Part shown: in pieces, positions 1 through 10,074 of the stretch
Layout: every line of letters starts with the position of its first letter
Position numbering within the stretch: position 1 is the stretch's first letter
Source: Candidatus Velesiimonas alkalicola
GTDB taxonomy: Bacteria; Omnitrophota; Gorgyraeia; Velesiimonadales; Velesiimonadaceae
Direction of reading: 5' to 3'
Assembly: GCA_013626165.1 (NCBI GenBank)
Contig: NDHX01000001.1
Location: 36,817-100,816 of the forward strand
Length of the DNA: 64,000 nucleotides
Translations under genes and position numbers: made by a program
Notes under the pieces: model-generated
The model's database searches: none
Seen by the model: only the letters and a program-made list of their open reading frames with translations
What the model was told of the DNA's origin: nothing

Positions 1-335
1 AACAGGTAGAAGAACAAATGATAGATGCTGTAACTTCTATATCAGGTAGCGGTCCCGCATATTTTTTCTATGTATGTGAGGCAATGATAGAATGTGCAAA
101 GGAATTTGGATTTTCTGATGGCGTTGCAAGAGCAATTGTCATTCAAACCATCAAAGGCTCAAGTATTCTTCTTGAAAAAACAGGTGAAAATCCTGAAGTG
201 TTGAGGCAAAAAGTAGCATCAAAAGGCGGAACTACTGAATCGGCAATAGATATTTTTGAAAAAAATAAACTTAAAAATATAATAAAAAAGGCAGTATCAG
301 CCGCATACAACAGAAGTAAACAATTAGCAAGATAG
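1..335 (+). CDS. proC: Pyrroline-5-carboxylate reductase, C-terminal part (gene starts before the window)
   Basis: Translation GSGPAYFFYVCEAMIECA...VASKGGTTESAIDIF matches the ProC C-terminal dimerisation domain. The ORF is open to the left edge. Confidence 0.8.
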   Translation, partial: QVEEQMIDAVTSISGSGPAYFFYVCEAMIECAKEFGFSDGVARAIVIQTIKGSSILLEKTGENPEVLRQKVASKGGTTESAIDIFEKNKLKNIIKKAVSAAYNRSKQLAR

Positions 336-345
336 AAGTTGAGAA

Positions 346-3156
346 ATGGAAACCAATTATCGCAATACATTGAACCTACCAAAGACAGATTTTCCGATGA
401 AAGCAGAACTTCCCAAGAAAGAACCTGAAATATTAAAAAGATGGGAGTCTATCGGATTATATTCAAAGATAAGAACAGCCCGGGGCGGTTGTGAAAAATA
501 TGTTTTGCATGACGGTCCTCCATATGCTAATGGTGATGTTCATTTAGGAACAGGTCTAAATAAAGTATTGAAAGATATTGTTGTAAGGTTTAAGACAATG
601 GAGGGCAAGGATTCACCATTTATCCCGGGATGGGACTGTCACGGTATGCCCATAGAATATAATGTTATAAAAAACTCAGAAAGTTCAGAAAAAATAAAGG
701 ATAAGGTTCTTTTAAGAAAACTTTGCAGGGAGTATGCGGCAAAATATGTAGATATACAGAGAGAACAATTTAAGAGGCTCGGTGTATCAGCAGACTGGGA
801 AAATCCATATCTTACGATGAGTTCTGATTATGAGGCAACAATCCTTGAGGCATTCGGAAGGCTTGTCCAAGAAGGATATATATATAACGGGTTAAAGCCC
901 GTATTCTGGTGCGGGCATTGTCAGACTGCACTTGCTAATGCAGAGGTTGAGTATGAGGATATAGAATCGCCCTCTGTTTGTATGAAATTTCCTGTTCTCA
1001 GTGATATTGAGGGCGAAAAGAAGGCAGAGACTTTTATTCTTGTATGGACAACGATGCCCTGGACACTTCTTGGGAATGTTGCGGTTGCCGTGCATCCTGA
1101 TTTTGAATATGTCTTGGTTGAAAAAGACATAGAGGTTTGGATTCTTGCAGAGGCTCTGCTTGAAGATGTACTGACAAAAAGTGGGTCTCAAAAAGGAAAT
1201 GTTGTAAAAAAAATTAAAGGCAAAAAACTTGAAGGCTTAATATGCAAGCCTCCTTTTCTTGAAAGAGAATCAAAGATTGTTTGTGCAGATTTTGTCACAT
1301 TGAAACAGGGAACAGGTTGTGTTCACATCGCACCCGGACATGGTTTTGAAGATTTTTCTGTCGCATCAAAATATGGCCTGCCTGTTTTTACTCCTGTTGA
1401 TGAAAGGGGAAGGTTCACCATAGATACGGGGGAATTTTTATCCCTGTATGTATTTGATGCAGATGAAAAGATAATATTAAAAATAAAAGAGCAAGAAAAT
1501 CTTGTTTATTCCCAAAAAATAGTTCACTCATATCCTCATTGCTGGAGATGTAAAAAACCAGTTATATTCCGTGCAACACAGCAGTGGTTTCTAAGTCTTG
1601 AGGTGAATAGTTTAAAAAGCAGAATGCAGAAACAGATCCCCGGTATCAGATGGATACCCCAATGGGCAGAAGATAAGTTTAAAGATACAATAGGTTCAAG
1701 TCCGGACTGGTGCATATCAAGGCAGAGGGCATGGGGCGTGCCCATCCCTGCACTTTCTTGTTCTTCTTGCAGGTTTGTGCTTCTTTCGGGGGAGGTGGTG
1801 AAGAATCTTTCAGAACTTGTAAGACAGGAGAAACTTGAGGTATGGTTTAAAGAAGGAATTGAAGAAAAGGTCGCAAAGGGAATAAAATGCCCTCGGTGTG
1901 GTTGTGATAAATTTCAAAAACAGACTGATATACTTGATGTGTGGGTTGATTCTGGGATGAGCAGTGTTGCGGTTCTTGATAAAAATCCGGCGCTTCCAAA
2001 TCCTTCTGATTTGTATCTTGAAGCAGTGGACCAGCATAGAGGGTGGTTCCAGATATCTCTTATCATAAGTATGGCACTAAAAGACAGGGCACCATATAAA
2101 TCTGTTCTTACACATGGGCTTATACTTGATGAGGCCGGCAGAAAAATGTCAAAACTATTGGGGAATGTTATAGCCCCGCAGGAGATAGTTGCAAAATACG
2201 GTTCTGATGTTTTAAGACTTTGGTTTGTATCTGTTGATTATACATCGGATATGAGAATGTCACAGAAAAACCTTCTGACACAGGTTGATACATATAGAAA
2301 AATAAGGAATACCTGCAGGTTTCTTCTGGGAAATATTTATGATTTTGACCCGGAAAAAGATTTTATTCAGAAAGAACAGATGGTTTTAATGGACAGATGG
2401 ATACTTGCCTGTTTGAATAAAATTCTAAAGTCTGTTCTATCTTCTTATGGGGAATTTTCGTTTTATAAGGTTATATACCTGTTGCACAATTTTTGCACAA
2501 TAGAGTTGAGTTCTTTCTATCTTGATGTTTTAAAAGACAGAATGTATGCATCAGAAAAGAATAGCATTGAAAGAAGGTCGGGGCAGACTGCGATGTATCT
2601 TGTACTTAAAGCATTGACAAAAGCGGTTGCACCGATAATTCCGTTTACAGCCGATGAGGTGTGGATGTACATCTCTGGGAGGAAAGAAGAAAGTGTTCAC
2701 CTGTGCAGGTTTGATGAACTAAAAGAATACGAGGATGAAAAGATTATCAAGTACTGGGAAGGCATCTTAAAACTTAAAAAGGAGGTATTAAAACATATTG
2801 AAATTGCAAGAACAGATGGTATCGTACACGAATCATTAGAATTAGAGATTTTATTTTCCTGCGATGATAAAAACCCTTTAAAGATTTTGATTGAAGAGTG
2901 GCTGCCGTTGTTACCTACTGTTTTTATCACATCATCCGTAAGGTTAGTCCAAGAAGAAGGACATCAGAAGATACCTGTCTGTGGAATATCCGGTTTAGAT
3001 GGAAAGCAGATAGACGGAAGCGTAGGAATATCTATAAAAAAGGCTGAAGGCAAAAAGTGTCAAAGATGCTGGATGTTTGATATAAGTGTCAGTAAAAATG
3101 AAAAACACCCATCTCTTTGTAAAAGATGCGCAAGAGTGGTATCTTGCACATTTTAG
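346..3156 (+). CDS. ileS: Isoleucyl-tRNA synthetase
   Basis: 936 aa. It carries a class I HIGH-type motif (PYANGDVHLGTG), the KMSKS motif (KMSKLLGNV) and C-terminal Cys-rich zinc-binding clusters typical of IleS. Confidence 0.95.
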   Translation: METNYRNTLNLPKTDFPMKAELPKKEPEILKRWESIGLYSKIRTARGGCEKYVLHDGPPYANGDVHLGTGLNKVLKDIVVRFKTMEGKDSPFIPGWDCHGMPIEYNVIKNSESSEKIKDKVLLRKLCREYAAKYVDIQREQFKRLGVSADWENPYLTMSSDYEATILEAFGRLVQEGYIYNGLKPVFWCGHCQTALANAEVEYEDIESPSVCMKFPVLSDIEGEKKAETFILVWTTMPWTLLGNVAVAVHPDFEYVLVEKDIEVWILAEALLEDVLTKSGSQKGNVVKKIKGKKLEGLICKPPFLERESKIVCADFVTLKQGTGCVHIAPGHGFEDFSVASKYGLPVFTPVDERGRFTIDTGEFLSLYVFDADEKIILKIKEQENLVYSQKIVHSYPHCWRCKKPVIFRATQQWFLSLEVNSLKSRMQKQIPGIRWIPQWAEDKFKDTIGSSPDWCISRQRAWGVPIPALSCSSCRFVLLSGEVVKNLSELVRQEKLEVWFKEGIEEKVAKGIKCPRCGCDKFQKQTDILDVWVDSGMSSVAVLDKNPALPNPSDLYLEAVDQHRGWFQISLIISMALKDRAPYKSVLTHGLILDEAGRKMSKLLGNVIAPQEIVAKYGSDVLRLWFVSVDYTSDMRMSQKNLLTQVDTYRKIRNTCRFLLGNIYDFDPEKDFIQKEQMVLMDRWILACLNKILKSVLSSYGEFSFYKVIYLLHNFCTIELSSFYLDVLKDRMYASEKNSIERRSGQTAMYLVLKALTKAVAPIIPFTADEVWMYISGRKEESVHLCRFDELKEYEDEKIIKYWEGILKLKKEVLKHIEIARTDGIVHESLELEILFSCDDKNPLKILIEEWLPLLPTVFITSSVRLVQEEGHQKIPVCGISGLDGKQIDGSVGISIKKAEGKKCQRCWMFDISVSKNEKHPSLCKRCARVVSCTF

Positions 3157-3169
3157 GAGGAATAAAACA

Positions 3170-3550
3170 ATGACAAAAAAGCAGATGGAAAAGTATAAGA
3201 AAATACTTCTTAAGATTAAAGAGCAACACACAGCAAAAATGAATGACTTTGAAAATACAACAAGACAAGAAACTCCACGGGAGTCATCTGGTGAAGTATC
3301 AGGGTATCCTACGCATATGGCAGATATGGCATCAGATACATATGATAGGGACTTTGCACTAAACAGAGTAAGTATGGACCAGGATATTCTTTATGCCATC
3401 AATGAGGCGCTTAACAGTATAGAAAATGGCACATATGGTACCTGTGAAAGTTGCAGTAGTAAAATTTCACAAGAAAGACTTCTTGCAGTTCCGTTCACAT
3501 CTCTGTGTATTAAATGTCAGGGTAAAAAAGAAAAAAGACAAAAAGTTTAA
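3170..3550 (+). CDS. DksA/TraR-family C4 zinc-finger protein
   Basis: GGAGG ribosome-binding site 6 nt upstream of the ATG at 3170. The C-terminus has a CxxC-17-CxxC motif (CESCSSKI...CIKCQ). The longer ORF from 3086 would overlap the end of ileS. Confidence 0.7.
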   Translation: MTKKQMEKYKKILLKIKEQHTAKMNDFENTTRQETPRESSGEVSGYPTHMADMASDTYDRDFALNRVSMDQDILYAINEALNSIENGTYGTCESCSSKISQERLLAVPFTSLCIKCQGKKEKRQKV

Positions 3551-3553
3551 AAT

Positions 3554-4024
3554 ATGAATAAAATTTATAACAAACAAAACAATGCCCTTCTTATAAGCAT
3601 GGGTGTCTCATTTTTTGTAGACAGGATAACAAAATATATAGTTTTAAAAACTCTTGGGGAAAAAGTTTTTTATTTTGGTTTTATAGAGTTGATGATTGTA
3701 AAAAATACCGGGGCCGCATTTGGAATTCTTGAAGAAAATACCATTGCTCTTGGTGTTCTTGGAATACTTGTATTGGTTTTTTTCTTTTACCTTGTTTGTG
3801 TGGGAAGTTTTAAAAATCTTTTCTCAAAAATTTCCACAGGCGTACTGTTGGGTGGCATTATGGGAAATACCTGGGACAGAATATTTTTTAGGTTTGTTAT
3901 AGATTTTATGCACTTTCCATTTTTTCCTTTGTCCGTGTTTCAGGTATTTAATATTGCCGATATCTGTATTACCTTCGGCGCCGTGGGTCTTGTAATAGAT
4001 AGTTTAAGAGGAAAAAAGTTATGA
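3554..4024 (+). CDS. lspA: Lipoprotein signal peptidase (signal peptidase II)
   Basis: Four predicted transmembrane segments plus the conserved NTGAAFG and FNIADxxI motifs. Confidence 0.85.
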   Translation: MNKIYNKQNNALLISMGVSFFVDRITKYIVLKTLGEKVFYFGFIELMIVKNTGAAFGILEENTIALGVLGILVLVFFFYLVCVGSFKNLFSKISTGVLLGGIMGNTWDRIFFRFVIDFMHFPFFPLSVFQVFNIADICITFGAVGLVIDSLRGKKL

Positions 4025-4752
4025 GACAGATACTTTTTCATATAGGACCTTTTGCAGTATATAGTTATGGTCTTTTTTTGGCTATAGGTATCTTCCTCGC
4101 TATGGCTGTCATAAAAAAATTCTCAAGAGTAAGTCCCTCAATAGTAAATTCCCTTTCAATATGGACTGTAATAGGAGGAATAATTGGAGCAAGACTTTTT
4201 TATGTGTTTCTTAATATTGCATATTATATTCAAAGTCCGCTTGAAGTTTTTGCAATACATAAAGGAGGGCTTGTCCTTTACGGAGGTATTGCGGGTGGCC
4301 TTATCTTGGGTTTTATATTTTGTAAAATAAGAAAATTAAACTTCTGGCAAATTTTAGATGATGTTGCAATGGGTCTTCCTCTTGGCATGGCATCTGGAAG
4401 ACTCGGCTGTTTTTTAAATGGGTGTTGTTATGGGAAAGAAACACAGGTTCTCTGGGCGGTAAAATATCCGGACATCCTGTATAAAGTACACCCTGTTCAG
4501 ATTTATGAGGCGTTGCTTCTTGTCTTTCTTTTCTTTGTTATTTATGGATTTAGAAAAGCATTTAAGGCAAAAATCAGAGGAGATGTATTTCTTTTATGTA
4601 TTATTTTTTATGCAATCATAAGATTTTTTATGGAATTTTTAAGAGGCGACCACCCTGAAGGAGTTTCAGGTCTGTTCCAGATTATAAGTATTTTTATCAT
4701 AGTATCATTTACAGGTATAATGCTCTACAGGCATGGAACACAACGAGGATAA
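4021..4752 (+). CDS. lgt: Prolipoprotein diacylglyceryl transferase
   Basis: Polytopic membrane protein with the Lgt signature GRLGCFLNGCCYGK. Its start overlaps the lspA stop by 4 nt. Confidence 0.9.
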   Translation: MRQILFHIGPFAVYSYGLFLAIGIFLAMAVIKKFSRVSPSIVNSLSIWTVIGGIIGARLFYVFLNIAYYIQSPLEVFAIHKGGLVLYGGIAGGLILGFIFCKIRKLNFWQILDDVAMGLPLGMASGRLGCFLNGCCYGKETQVLWAVKYPDILYKVHPVQIYEALLLVFLFFVIYGFRKAFKAKIRGDVFLLCIIFYAIIRFFMEFLRGDHPEGVSGLFQIISIFIIVSFTGIMLYRHGTQRG

Positions 4753-5653
4753 AAAACATTTGTTTTTTGTAAAAATTGGTATAAAAGAAGACAGAATCAG
4801 GCTGGATAGATTTATTTGCTTGATGCTTCCTGACGTTTCTCGTTCCTGTGTTCAGAGGTGGATAAAAGACGGTTTAGTGCTTGTTAATGAAAAGAAAGAA
4901 CCCTGCAACTACAGGGTAAAAGAAAACGATAAGGTAGAGGTATCTCCTCAAAAAACAAAAGTAACGGAATTTGTCAAATCCCAGGATATCCCCCTAGACA
5001 TTGTTTATGAAGATGAGCATCTCCTTGTAGTCAACAAACCAGCAGGTATGGTTATACATCCTGCACCCGGGCATTATGAGGGGACACTTGTCCATGCACT
5101 TCTCGGCAGGGTAAAAAAACTCTCAAAACTCGGGGGGGAGTTTAGGCCCGGTATTGTACACAGACTTGATAAAGATACATCAGGACTTATAATTGTTGCA
5201 AAGGATGAAAATGTACATTATAAGATTTCTGAACAATTTAAAAAAAGAGAGGTTTTTAAGTCTTATGTTGCAATTGTAAGCGGAAGGGTTAAACAGCAAC
5301 AGGGAACCATTGCCGCATCACTTGCAAGACATCCAAAAGATAGAAAAAAGTTTTGCATTCAGCATGATAAAGGAAGAGATGCAATAACAAACTACAAGGT
5401 TATAGAAAGAAAAAAGGATGCCACACTTCTTGATGTTTTTCCGATAACTGGAAGGACGCATCAGATAAGGATTCATCTTGCATATGCAAGACATCCAATA
5501 GTCGGCGATCCGGTATATGGAAAAAAACAAGGATTTGACAGACAGGCGCTACATGCCAGGATAATAGGTTTTCATCATCCGGTAACAAATAAATACTTAA
5601 AAATAGAATCACACCTGCCTGATGATATGAAAAAAATGTGGGAGTCTCTATAA
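4733..5653 (+). CDS. rluD: RluA-family 23S rRNA pseudouridine synthase (RluD-like) with N-terminal S4 domain
   Basis: Catalytic motif HRLDKDTSGLIIVAKD and an S4-like N-terminus. It overlaps the 3' end of lgt. Confidence 0.85.
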   Translation: MEHNEDKKHLFFVKIGIKEDRIRLDRFICLMLPDVSRSCVQRWIKDGLVLVNEKKEPCNYRVKENDKVEVSPQKTKVTEFVKSQDIPLDIVYEDEHLLVVNKPAGMVIHPAPGHYEGTLVHALLGRVKKLSKLGGEFRPGIVHRLDKDTSGLIIVAKDENVHYKISEQFKKREVFKSYVAIVSGRVKQQQGTIAASLARHPKDRKKFCIQHDKGRDAITNYKVIERKKDATLLDVFPITGRTHQIRIHLAYARHPIVGDPVYGKKQGFDRQALHARIIGFHHPVTNKYLKIESHLPDDMKKMWESL

Positions 5654-5740
5654 TAATTAGATGTCAGGGATACTGTGTAGAAAATTTAAAAATTAAGATT
5701 TTTTAATTTTTGATGTTTGACATTTCTTCGTGTTGTGGGT

Positions 5741-5831
5741 GGAGAGGTGCCGGAGCGGCTGAACGGGCACGCCTGGAGAGCGTGTAGCCGATAAAATCGG
5801 CTCCAGGGTTCAAATCCCTGCCTCTCCGCCA
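5741..5831 (+). tRNA. tRNA-Ser (anticodon GGA), type II tRNA with long variable arm, CCA encoded
   Basis: GGAGAGG...CCTCTCC acceptor stem. Anticodon stem CACGC/GCGTG with loop CTGGAGA. Long variable arm, T-arm GGGTTCAAATCCC, 3' GCCA. The pattern closely matches bacterial tRNA-Ser(GGA). Confidence 0.9.
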
Positions 5832-5862
5832 GTTTTTGGCAATGCCAAAAATTGGCGGTGTT
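5822..5862 (+). terminator. Near-palindromic hairpin (TTTTGGCAaTGCCAAAA) followed by a T-run immediately after the tRNA
   Basis: Perfect 8+8 palindrome, then GGCGGTGTTTTTTT. Confidence 0.45.
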
Positions 5863-5904
5863 TTTTTGAATAAAATCCAACAAAATGAAAGGATAGGCGA
5901 AGAT

Positions 5905-7521
5905 ATGAAAGCATTAATTATGTTAGGCGGGGAATTTCATCCCTTTGATTCCTGCGGGAAAATCTTAGAAGATTTTCTAAAAAAAACAAAGATATGTGAG
6001 CCTGTTTTGACAGATGATAGAAATAGGTTTAAGGATTTAAAAGATTATGATCTAGTTATCGTCTATACCCAGGGTGGAGAACTCACCTCAGCGCAAGAAG
6101 AGAGTCTCTGCGGTTTTGTCAGGAAGGGAGGCGGACTTATTGGCATCCACTGCGCTTCGGACTCCTGGGTAAAAAATAAAGCATATCTGGAGATGCTCGG
6201 CAGTCATTTTATTGGGCATGGCCCAGTAACTGAATTTTTAGTAAGAATCTCTCATTCCGAGCATGATATCACCCGTAGAATTTCCAATTTTAAAGTCATC
6301 GATGAGTTCTATATCCTGGAGGAAAAAACATCAGACTTTGAGGTGTTAGCGGAAGGTATCTGGCAGTTTAAAACTCATCCTTTAGCCTATATTCGCAACT
6401 ATGGAAAAGGGAAAGTTTTCTATACTGCTTTGGGTCATGATGAAAGAGCTTTTAAAAATCCCTTTTTTCAGAAGTTCATCTTTCGCGCTGGTCGCTGGAC
6501 AACCAATCAAAAGGAAAGAAGAAAGGTGCGTTGTGGAGTTGTTGGTTACGGGGGCGCCTGTGATATGGGCAAGTACCATGCCGATTCAATCTCTAAAACT
6601 CCTGGGCTCAGTCTTACCGCTATCTGTGAAATAGATAAGAAAAGGTTGGAGATTGCCAGTAAAAATCACCCCGAGGTTAAAACATATGCCGAAATAAAAA
6701 AGATGCTTTCGGCTGAGATTATTGATTTGGGGGTAGTGGTAACGCCGCATAATACGCATAGTAAGATAGCTTTATCTCTGATCGATGCCGGAAAAAATGT
6801 AATCTGCGAGAAGCCATTTGCTATTACTGTAAAAGAATGCACTACTATGATTGAAGCAGCAAAAGAGAAAGGGATAATGCTTTCCGTCTTTCATAACCGA
6901 CGCTGGGATGGAGATTTCTTATCCATTAAAAGGGTTATTGATGATGGTCTTATTGGCGAAATCTTCCATATAGAGGCCTATATTGGAAATTATGCTCATC
7001 CTGGATACTGGTGGCGATCGGAAAAGCCTATCTCTGGAGGGATAATCTATGACTGGGGAGCGCATTTTGTTGACTGGATTCTCAATTTAATGCCCGGAAA
7101 GATGGAGACTGTCTATGGTATCTTCCATAAAAGGCTCTGGTATGATGTTACCAGTGAGGATCAGGGGGGAGCGATTATCCGTTTTGAAGCAGGTCGTTAT
7201 GCTGAATTCCAGATATCTACTATTGCCGCTATTGGCAAGCCAAAGTGGCGCATCTTAGGGACAAAAGGAGCCTTAACTATTAATCAAAACGAGGACGAGG
7301 TTAATGTGGTTACATTTGTCAATGGTTACCGGGAAGAATTAAAGACTTCTTTTATGGAAAGTTGCTATGACAATTACTATATTAACATTGCCGACCATCT
7401 TTTAACAGGGGAAGCGTTGAGCGTAACGGCTGAATCTGCCCGCAGAGTAATTGCTGTATTAGAATTGGCTGAGAAGTCAGCAAGGACTGGCAAGATTCAG
7501 CCTGTTCCATATGAAAATTGA
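5905..7521 (+). CDS. Fusion protein: N-terminal ThuA-like (class I glutamine-amidotransferase-like) domain plus C-terminal Gfo/Idh/MocA NAD(P)-dependent oxidoreductase
   Basis: Residues 1-210 resemble ThuA (GGGLIGIHCASDSW, GHFIGHGP). Residues ~215-561 carry a Rossmann GxGxxG-like VVGYGGACDMGKYH, the EKP motif (ICEKPFA) and a Gfo/Idh/MocA C-terminal domain. The ATG at 5905 has an upstream AGGA. Confidence 0.75.
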   Translation: MKALIMLGGEFHPFDSCGKILEDFLKKTKICEPVLTDDRNRFKDLKDYDLVIVYTQGGELTSAQEESLCGFVRKGGGLIGIHCASDSWVKNKAYLEMLGSHFIGHGPVTEFLVRISHSEHDITRRISNFKVIDEFYILEEKTSDFEVLAEGIWQFKTHPLAYIRNYGKGKVFYTALGHDERAFKNPFFQKFIFRAGRWTTNQKERRKVRCGVVGYGGACDMGKYHADSISKTPGLSLTAICEIDKKRLEIASKNHPEVKTYAEIKKMLSAEIIDLGVVVTPHNTHSKIALSLIDAGKNVICEKPFAITVKECTTMIEAAKEKGIMLSVFHNRRWDGDFLSIKRVIDDGLIGEIFHIEAYIGNYAHPGYWWRSEKPISGGIIYDWGAHFVDWILNLMPGKMETVYGIFHKRLWYDVTSEDQGGAIIRFEAGRYAEFQISTIAAIGKPKWRILGTKGALTINQNEDEVNVVTFVNGYREELKTSFMESCYDNYYINIADHLLTGEALSVTAESARRVIAVLELAEKSARTGKIQPVPYEN

Positions 7522-7749
7522 CCTTTTAGAACTCTGTATAAAGACATCCTATAAAGAGTAAAGATGAATTTTAGTAAATATGTCAAGGAAAATTGTTTGA
7601 CGGTTTAAAAAAGAAGAGTTAAAATAAAATGGTCTTTTGAAAAAGTAATATGGGGTTTACTGAGTTTACACCATCTTTTTATCTATATTATGAACGGAAA
7701 GAGGACATCTGTTCATACAATTTTCTATCTTTATGTGAATAATGCGTGG

Positions 7750-8598
7750 TTATACAGGTTCTGAGGCAGAGGTAACTAATTTTTTGTACCCATCTTTTAT
7801 ACCTCTTATGTATTTGGTCTCCGCTTTACAGCCGATTGTTTGATTGTCTAATGATAAAACCTGTGTAATTTCTCTTACAGAGTTTGTTATAAATGCAGAA
7901 GATGAATTTAGCAGAGCCTTTTTCTTAAACCTTCCAGTTTTTATCTTTAACCCCATATTTTTTCCGATATTGATTACAATCAGTCTTGTTATGCCGCTTA
8001 ATATGCCACATTCTTCTGAGGGGGTAAAAAGGGTTTTGTTTTTTATCCAGAATATATTTGCAAAACTTGTTTCTGATACATACCCTTCTGTATCAAGTAG
8101 AAGCCCTTCGTCTTTTTTGTTTTCAATCGCCTCTATTTTTGAAAGTATAGAAGGAAGGTAATTTAATGATTTTATACCGCTTAGCGGGTCTGATGGATTT
8201 CTTTTAAATGAAGATGTAAAAAGGGAAACAGGACCTGTAGGACCAAGTCCAGAGCAGGATAAAACAGTTCTTCCTTCAAAAGGACCTTTTGAATGAGGTG
8301 AAGGATACTTATTTCCGGCGGTAATTGTTATTCTAATTCTCATACTGCTGATGTTATAATACTGAATAAGTTTTTTTATTCCATATTTTATTTTTCTAAT
8401 AGACGGAATCTTTATTTTTAAAAAAGAGCATCCTTGTTTTAAACGTTTGATATGTCTATCTAACATAAAAGGGTAATTGTTATATACACGGATTGTTGTA
8501 AATACGCCCTGCCCATACAAAAGTCCTCTGTCAGATACAGGAATATGCGCTTCTTCAACTATTCTGTTGTTAATCCAGTAAATTGTTTTATTTTTCAT
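7750..8598 (-). CDS. pabC: Class IV aminotransferase fold protein, likely aminodeoxychorismate lyase (PabC)
   Basis: 282 aa with a fold-type IV PLP enzyme N-terminus (RGLLYGQGVFTT). Its start overlaps the stop of the upstream chorismate-utilising enzyme (pabB). Confidence 0.65.
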   Translation of the reverse strand: MKNKTIYWINNRIVEEAHIPVSDRGLLYGQGVFTTIRVYNNYPFMLDRHIKRLKQGCSFLKIKIPSIRKIKYGIKKLIQYYNISSMRIRITITAGNKYPSPHSKGPFEGRTVLSCSGLGPTGPVSLFTSSFKRNPSDPLSGIKSLNYLPSILSKIEAIENKKDEGLLLDTEGYVSETSFANIFWIKNKTLFTPSEECGILSGITRLIVINIGKNMGLKIKTGRFKKKALLNSSSAFITNSVREITQVLSLDNQTIGCKAETKYIRGIKDGYKKLVTSASEPV

Positions 8599-10007
8599 AT
8601 TGCCTTTATCATCGCCTCTGCTTTATAAAATGTCTCTTTATATTCCAAATATGGTTTTGAGTCTGCAACAATTCCCCCACCTACAGAAAAGTATATTTTG
8701 TTATTCTTTGTAATCATTGTTCTTATTGCAATGGAAAGTTCCATATCCCCTGAAAAACCCAAATAGCCTATGGAACCGGTATATATACCCCTTTTAAAAG
8801 GTTCCATCTCTTCAATAATCTGCATGGATCTTATCTTTGGTGCACCTGTTATAGAGCCTCCGGGAAATGTTGCTTTTAATATATCTATCCTGTCACAGTT
8901 TTTTTTCACCTTTCCCTGGACTGTGGATACAAGATGCCATACCTTTGCATACTTTTCAACTTCCATATTTTTTTTAACCCTTACACTTTTGTTTTCACAA
9001 ACCCTTCCAAGGTCGTTTCTTTCAAGATCAACTATCATTATATGCTCCGCCCTGTCTTTGGCGCTCCGGGTAAGTTTTTTTGCAAGCATTTTGTCTTGTT
9101 TTTCGTTTTTCCCCCTTGGCAGGGTCCCTTTTATAGGTCTTGTTTGCAGAATCCTTGTTTCAGGATTATATATAAGAAAACACTCTGGGGACGAACTTAA
9201 CACTTGAAAATCAAGGTGTTCAATATATGCGCTGTAAGGGGCTGAGTTTACATTTCTCAATATACTATAAATCTCAAATGGTTCTTTATCCGTTTTGCAA
9301 TGCAGCCTTTGCGAGAGATTCACCTGATACACATCTCCTGCATATATGTATTCTTTTAATTTTTCTATACTTTTTATATAGTCCGTTTTTGTAAAACAGG
9401 ATATTAAATTTTTTGTTTTTTTACCAGTTGCCATTGTTTTTTTAAAAAATGGTTTTTCTTGTTTTATAACTACATCTATTATTCGTTTAAATTGTTCTTC
9501 ACTGTGTTGTGAAAATCCGGCATTTACAATCCAGAACTTTTTTTTAAGATTATCCCATCCAAGAACAATATCATAAAAACCAAGATAGATGTCAGGTATT
9601 TCCATATCATCTTTTGAAATATCGGGCAGGTTTTCAATCTGATGGCACAGATCATAAGACAAGAAACCTGCTGCTCCTCCATAAAATGGGATACCCTTAT
9701 ACTTTGCCTTATATTTTTTTAATAAATTTCTTAAAGTTTCAAGTGGCTCTCCATCAAATACTTTAAAATGTTTTTTTTCTCTTATTTCTACCCTTGTTTT
9801 TTTGCAGGTAAATTTCAAGAACGGCTCAACTGCAATAAATGAAAGTCTGCCGTATGAACAAGAAAGGCTGCTATCAAGCCATAAAAATCCATCCATTGTC
9901 TTTAGTTTTTGTGCAACATATTCAGGTGGAATATACTTGAGGTACTTTATCATTCGGGTATATTTTATTAAATAACATCCTGCAAGGCAATACAAAATAC
10001 TTGTCAA
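8595..10007 (-). CDS. pabB: Aminodeoxychorismate synthase component I (anthranilate synthase component I family)
   Basis: Chorismate-binding domain motifs (PGGSITGAPKIRSMQIIEEMEP, RGIYTGSIGY). It is coupled to the downstream class IV aminotransferase. The real start may be the internal Met (MIKYLKY). Confidence 0.75.
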   Translation of the reverse strand: MTSILYCLAGCYLIKYTRMIKYLKYIPPEYVAQKLKTMDGFLWLDSSLSCSYGRLSFIAVEPFLKFTCKKTRVEIREKKHFKVFDGEPLETLRNLLKKYKAKYKGIPFYGGAAGFLSYDLCHQIENLPDISKDDMEIPDIYLGFYDIVLGWDNLKKKFWIVNAGFSQHSEEQFKRIIDVVIKQEKPFFKKTMATGKKTKNLISCFTKTDYIKSIEKLKEYIYAGDVYQVNLSQRLHCKTDKEPFEIYSILRNVNSAPYSAYIEHLDFQVLSSSPECFLIYNPETRILQTRPIKGTLPRGKNEKQDKMLAKKLTRSAKDRAEHIMIVDLERNDLGRVCENKSVRVKKNMEVEKYAKVWHLVSTVQGKVKKNCDRIDILKATFPGGSITGAPKIRSMQIIEEMEPFKRGIYTGSIGYLGFSGDMELSIAIRTMITKNNKIYFSVGGGIVADSKPYLEYKETFYKAEAMIKAI

Positions 10008-10074
10008 AATTAAAAGTTTAAGGTAAGATAATAATACGGGTTTTGGTTTTTACACCTCATAGAAGGAATAAGAT

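Noticed and set aside
5686-5883. 65-aa minus-strand ORF
   Set aside because: It lies entirely over tRNA-Ser and its terminator. Its translation is a reverse-complement artefact of the tRNA.
7522-7749. Intergenic hairpin TATGAAC-N15-GTTCATA between the convergent fusion oxidoreductase and pabC genes
   Set aside because: AT-rich 7-bp stem without a T-run. It is plausible as a weak bidirectional terminator but not distinguishable from chance in AT-rich DNA.
8770-9207. 145-aa and 88-aa plus-strand ORFs inside pabB
   Set aside because: Antisense to the chorismate-binding enzyme gene, which carries clear family motifs on the minus strand.
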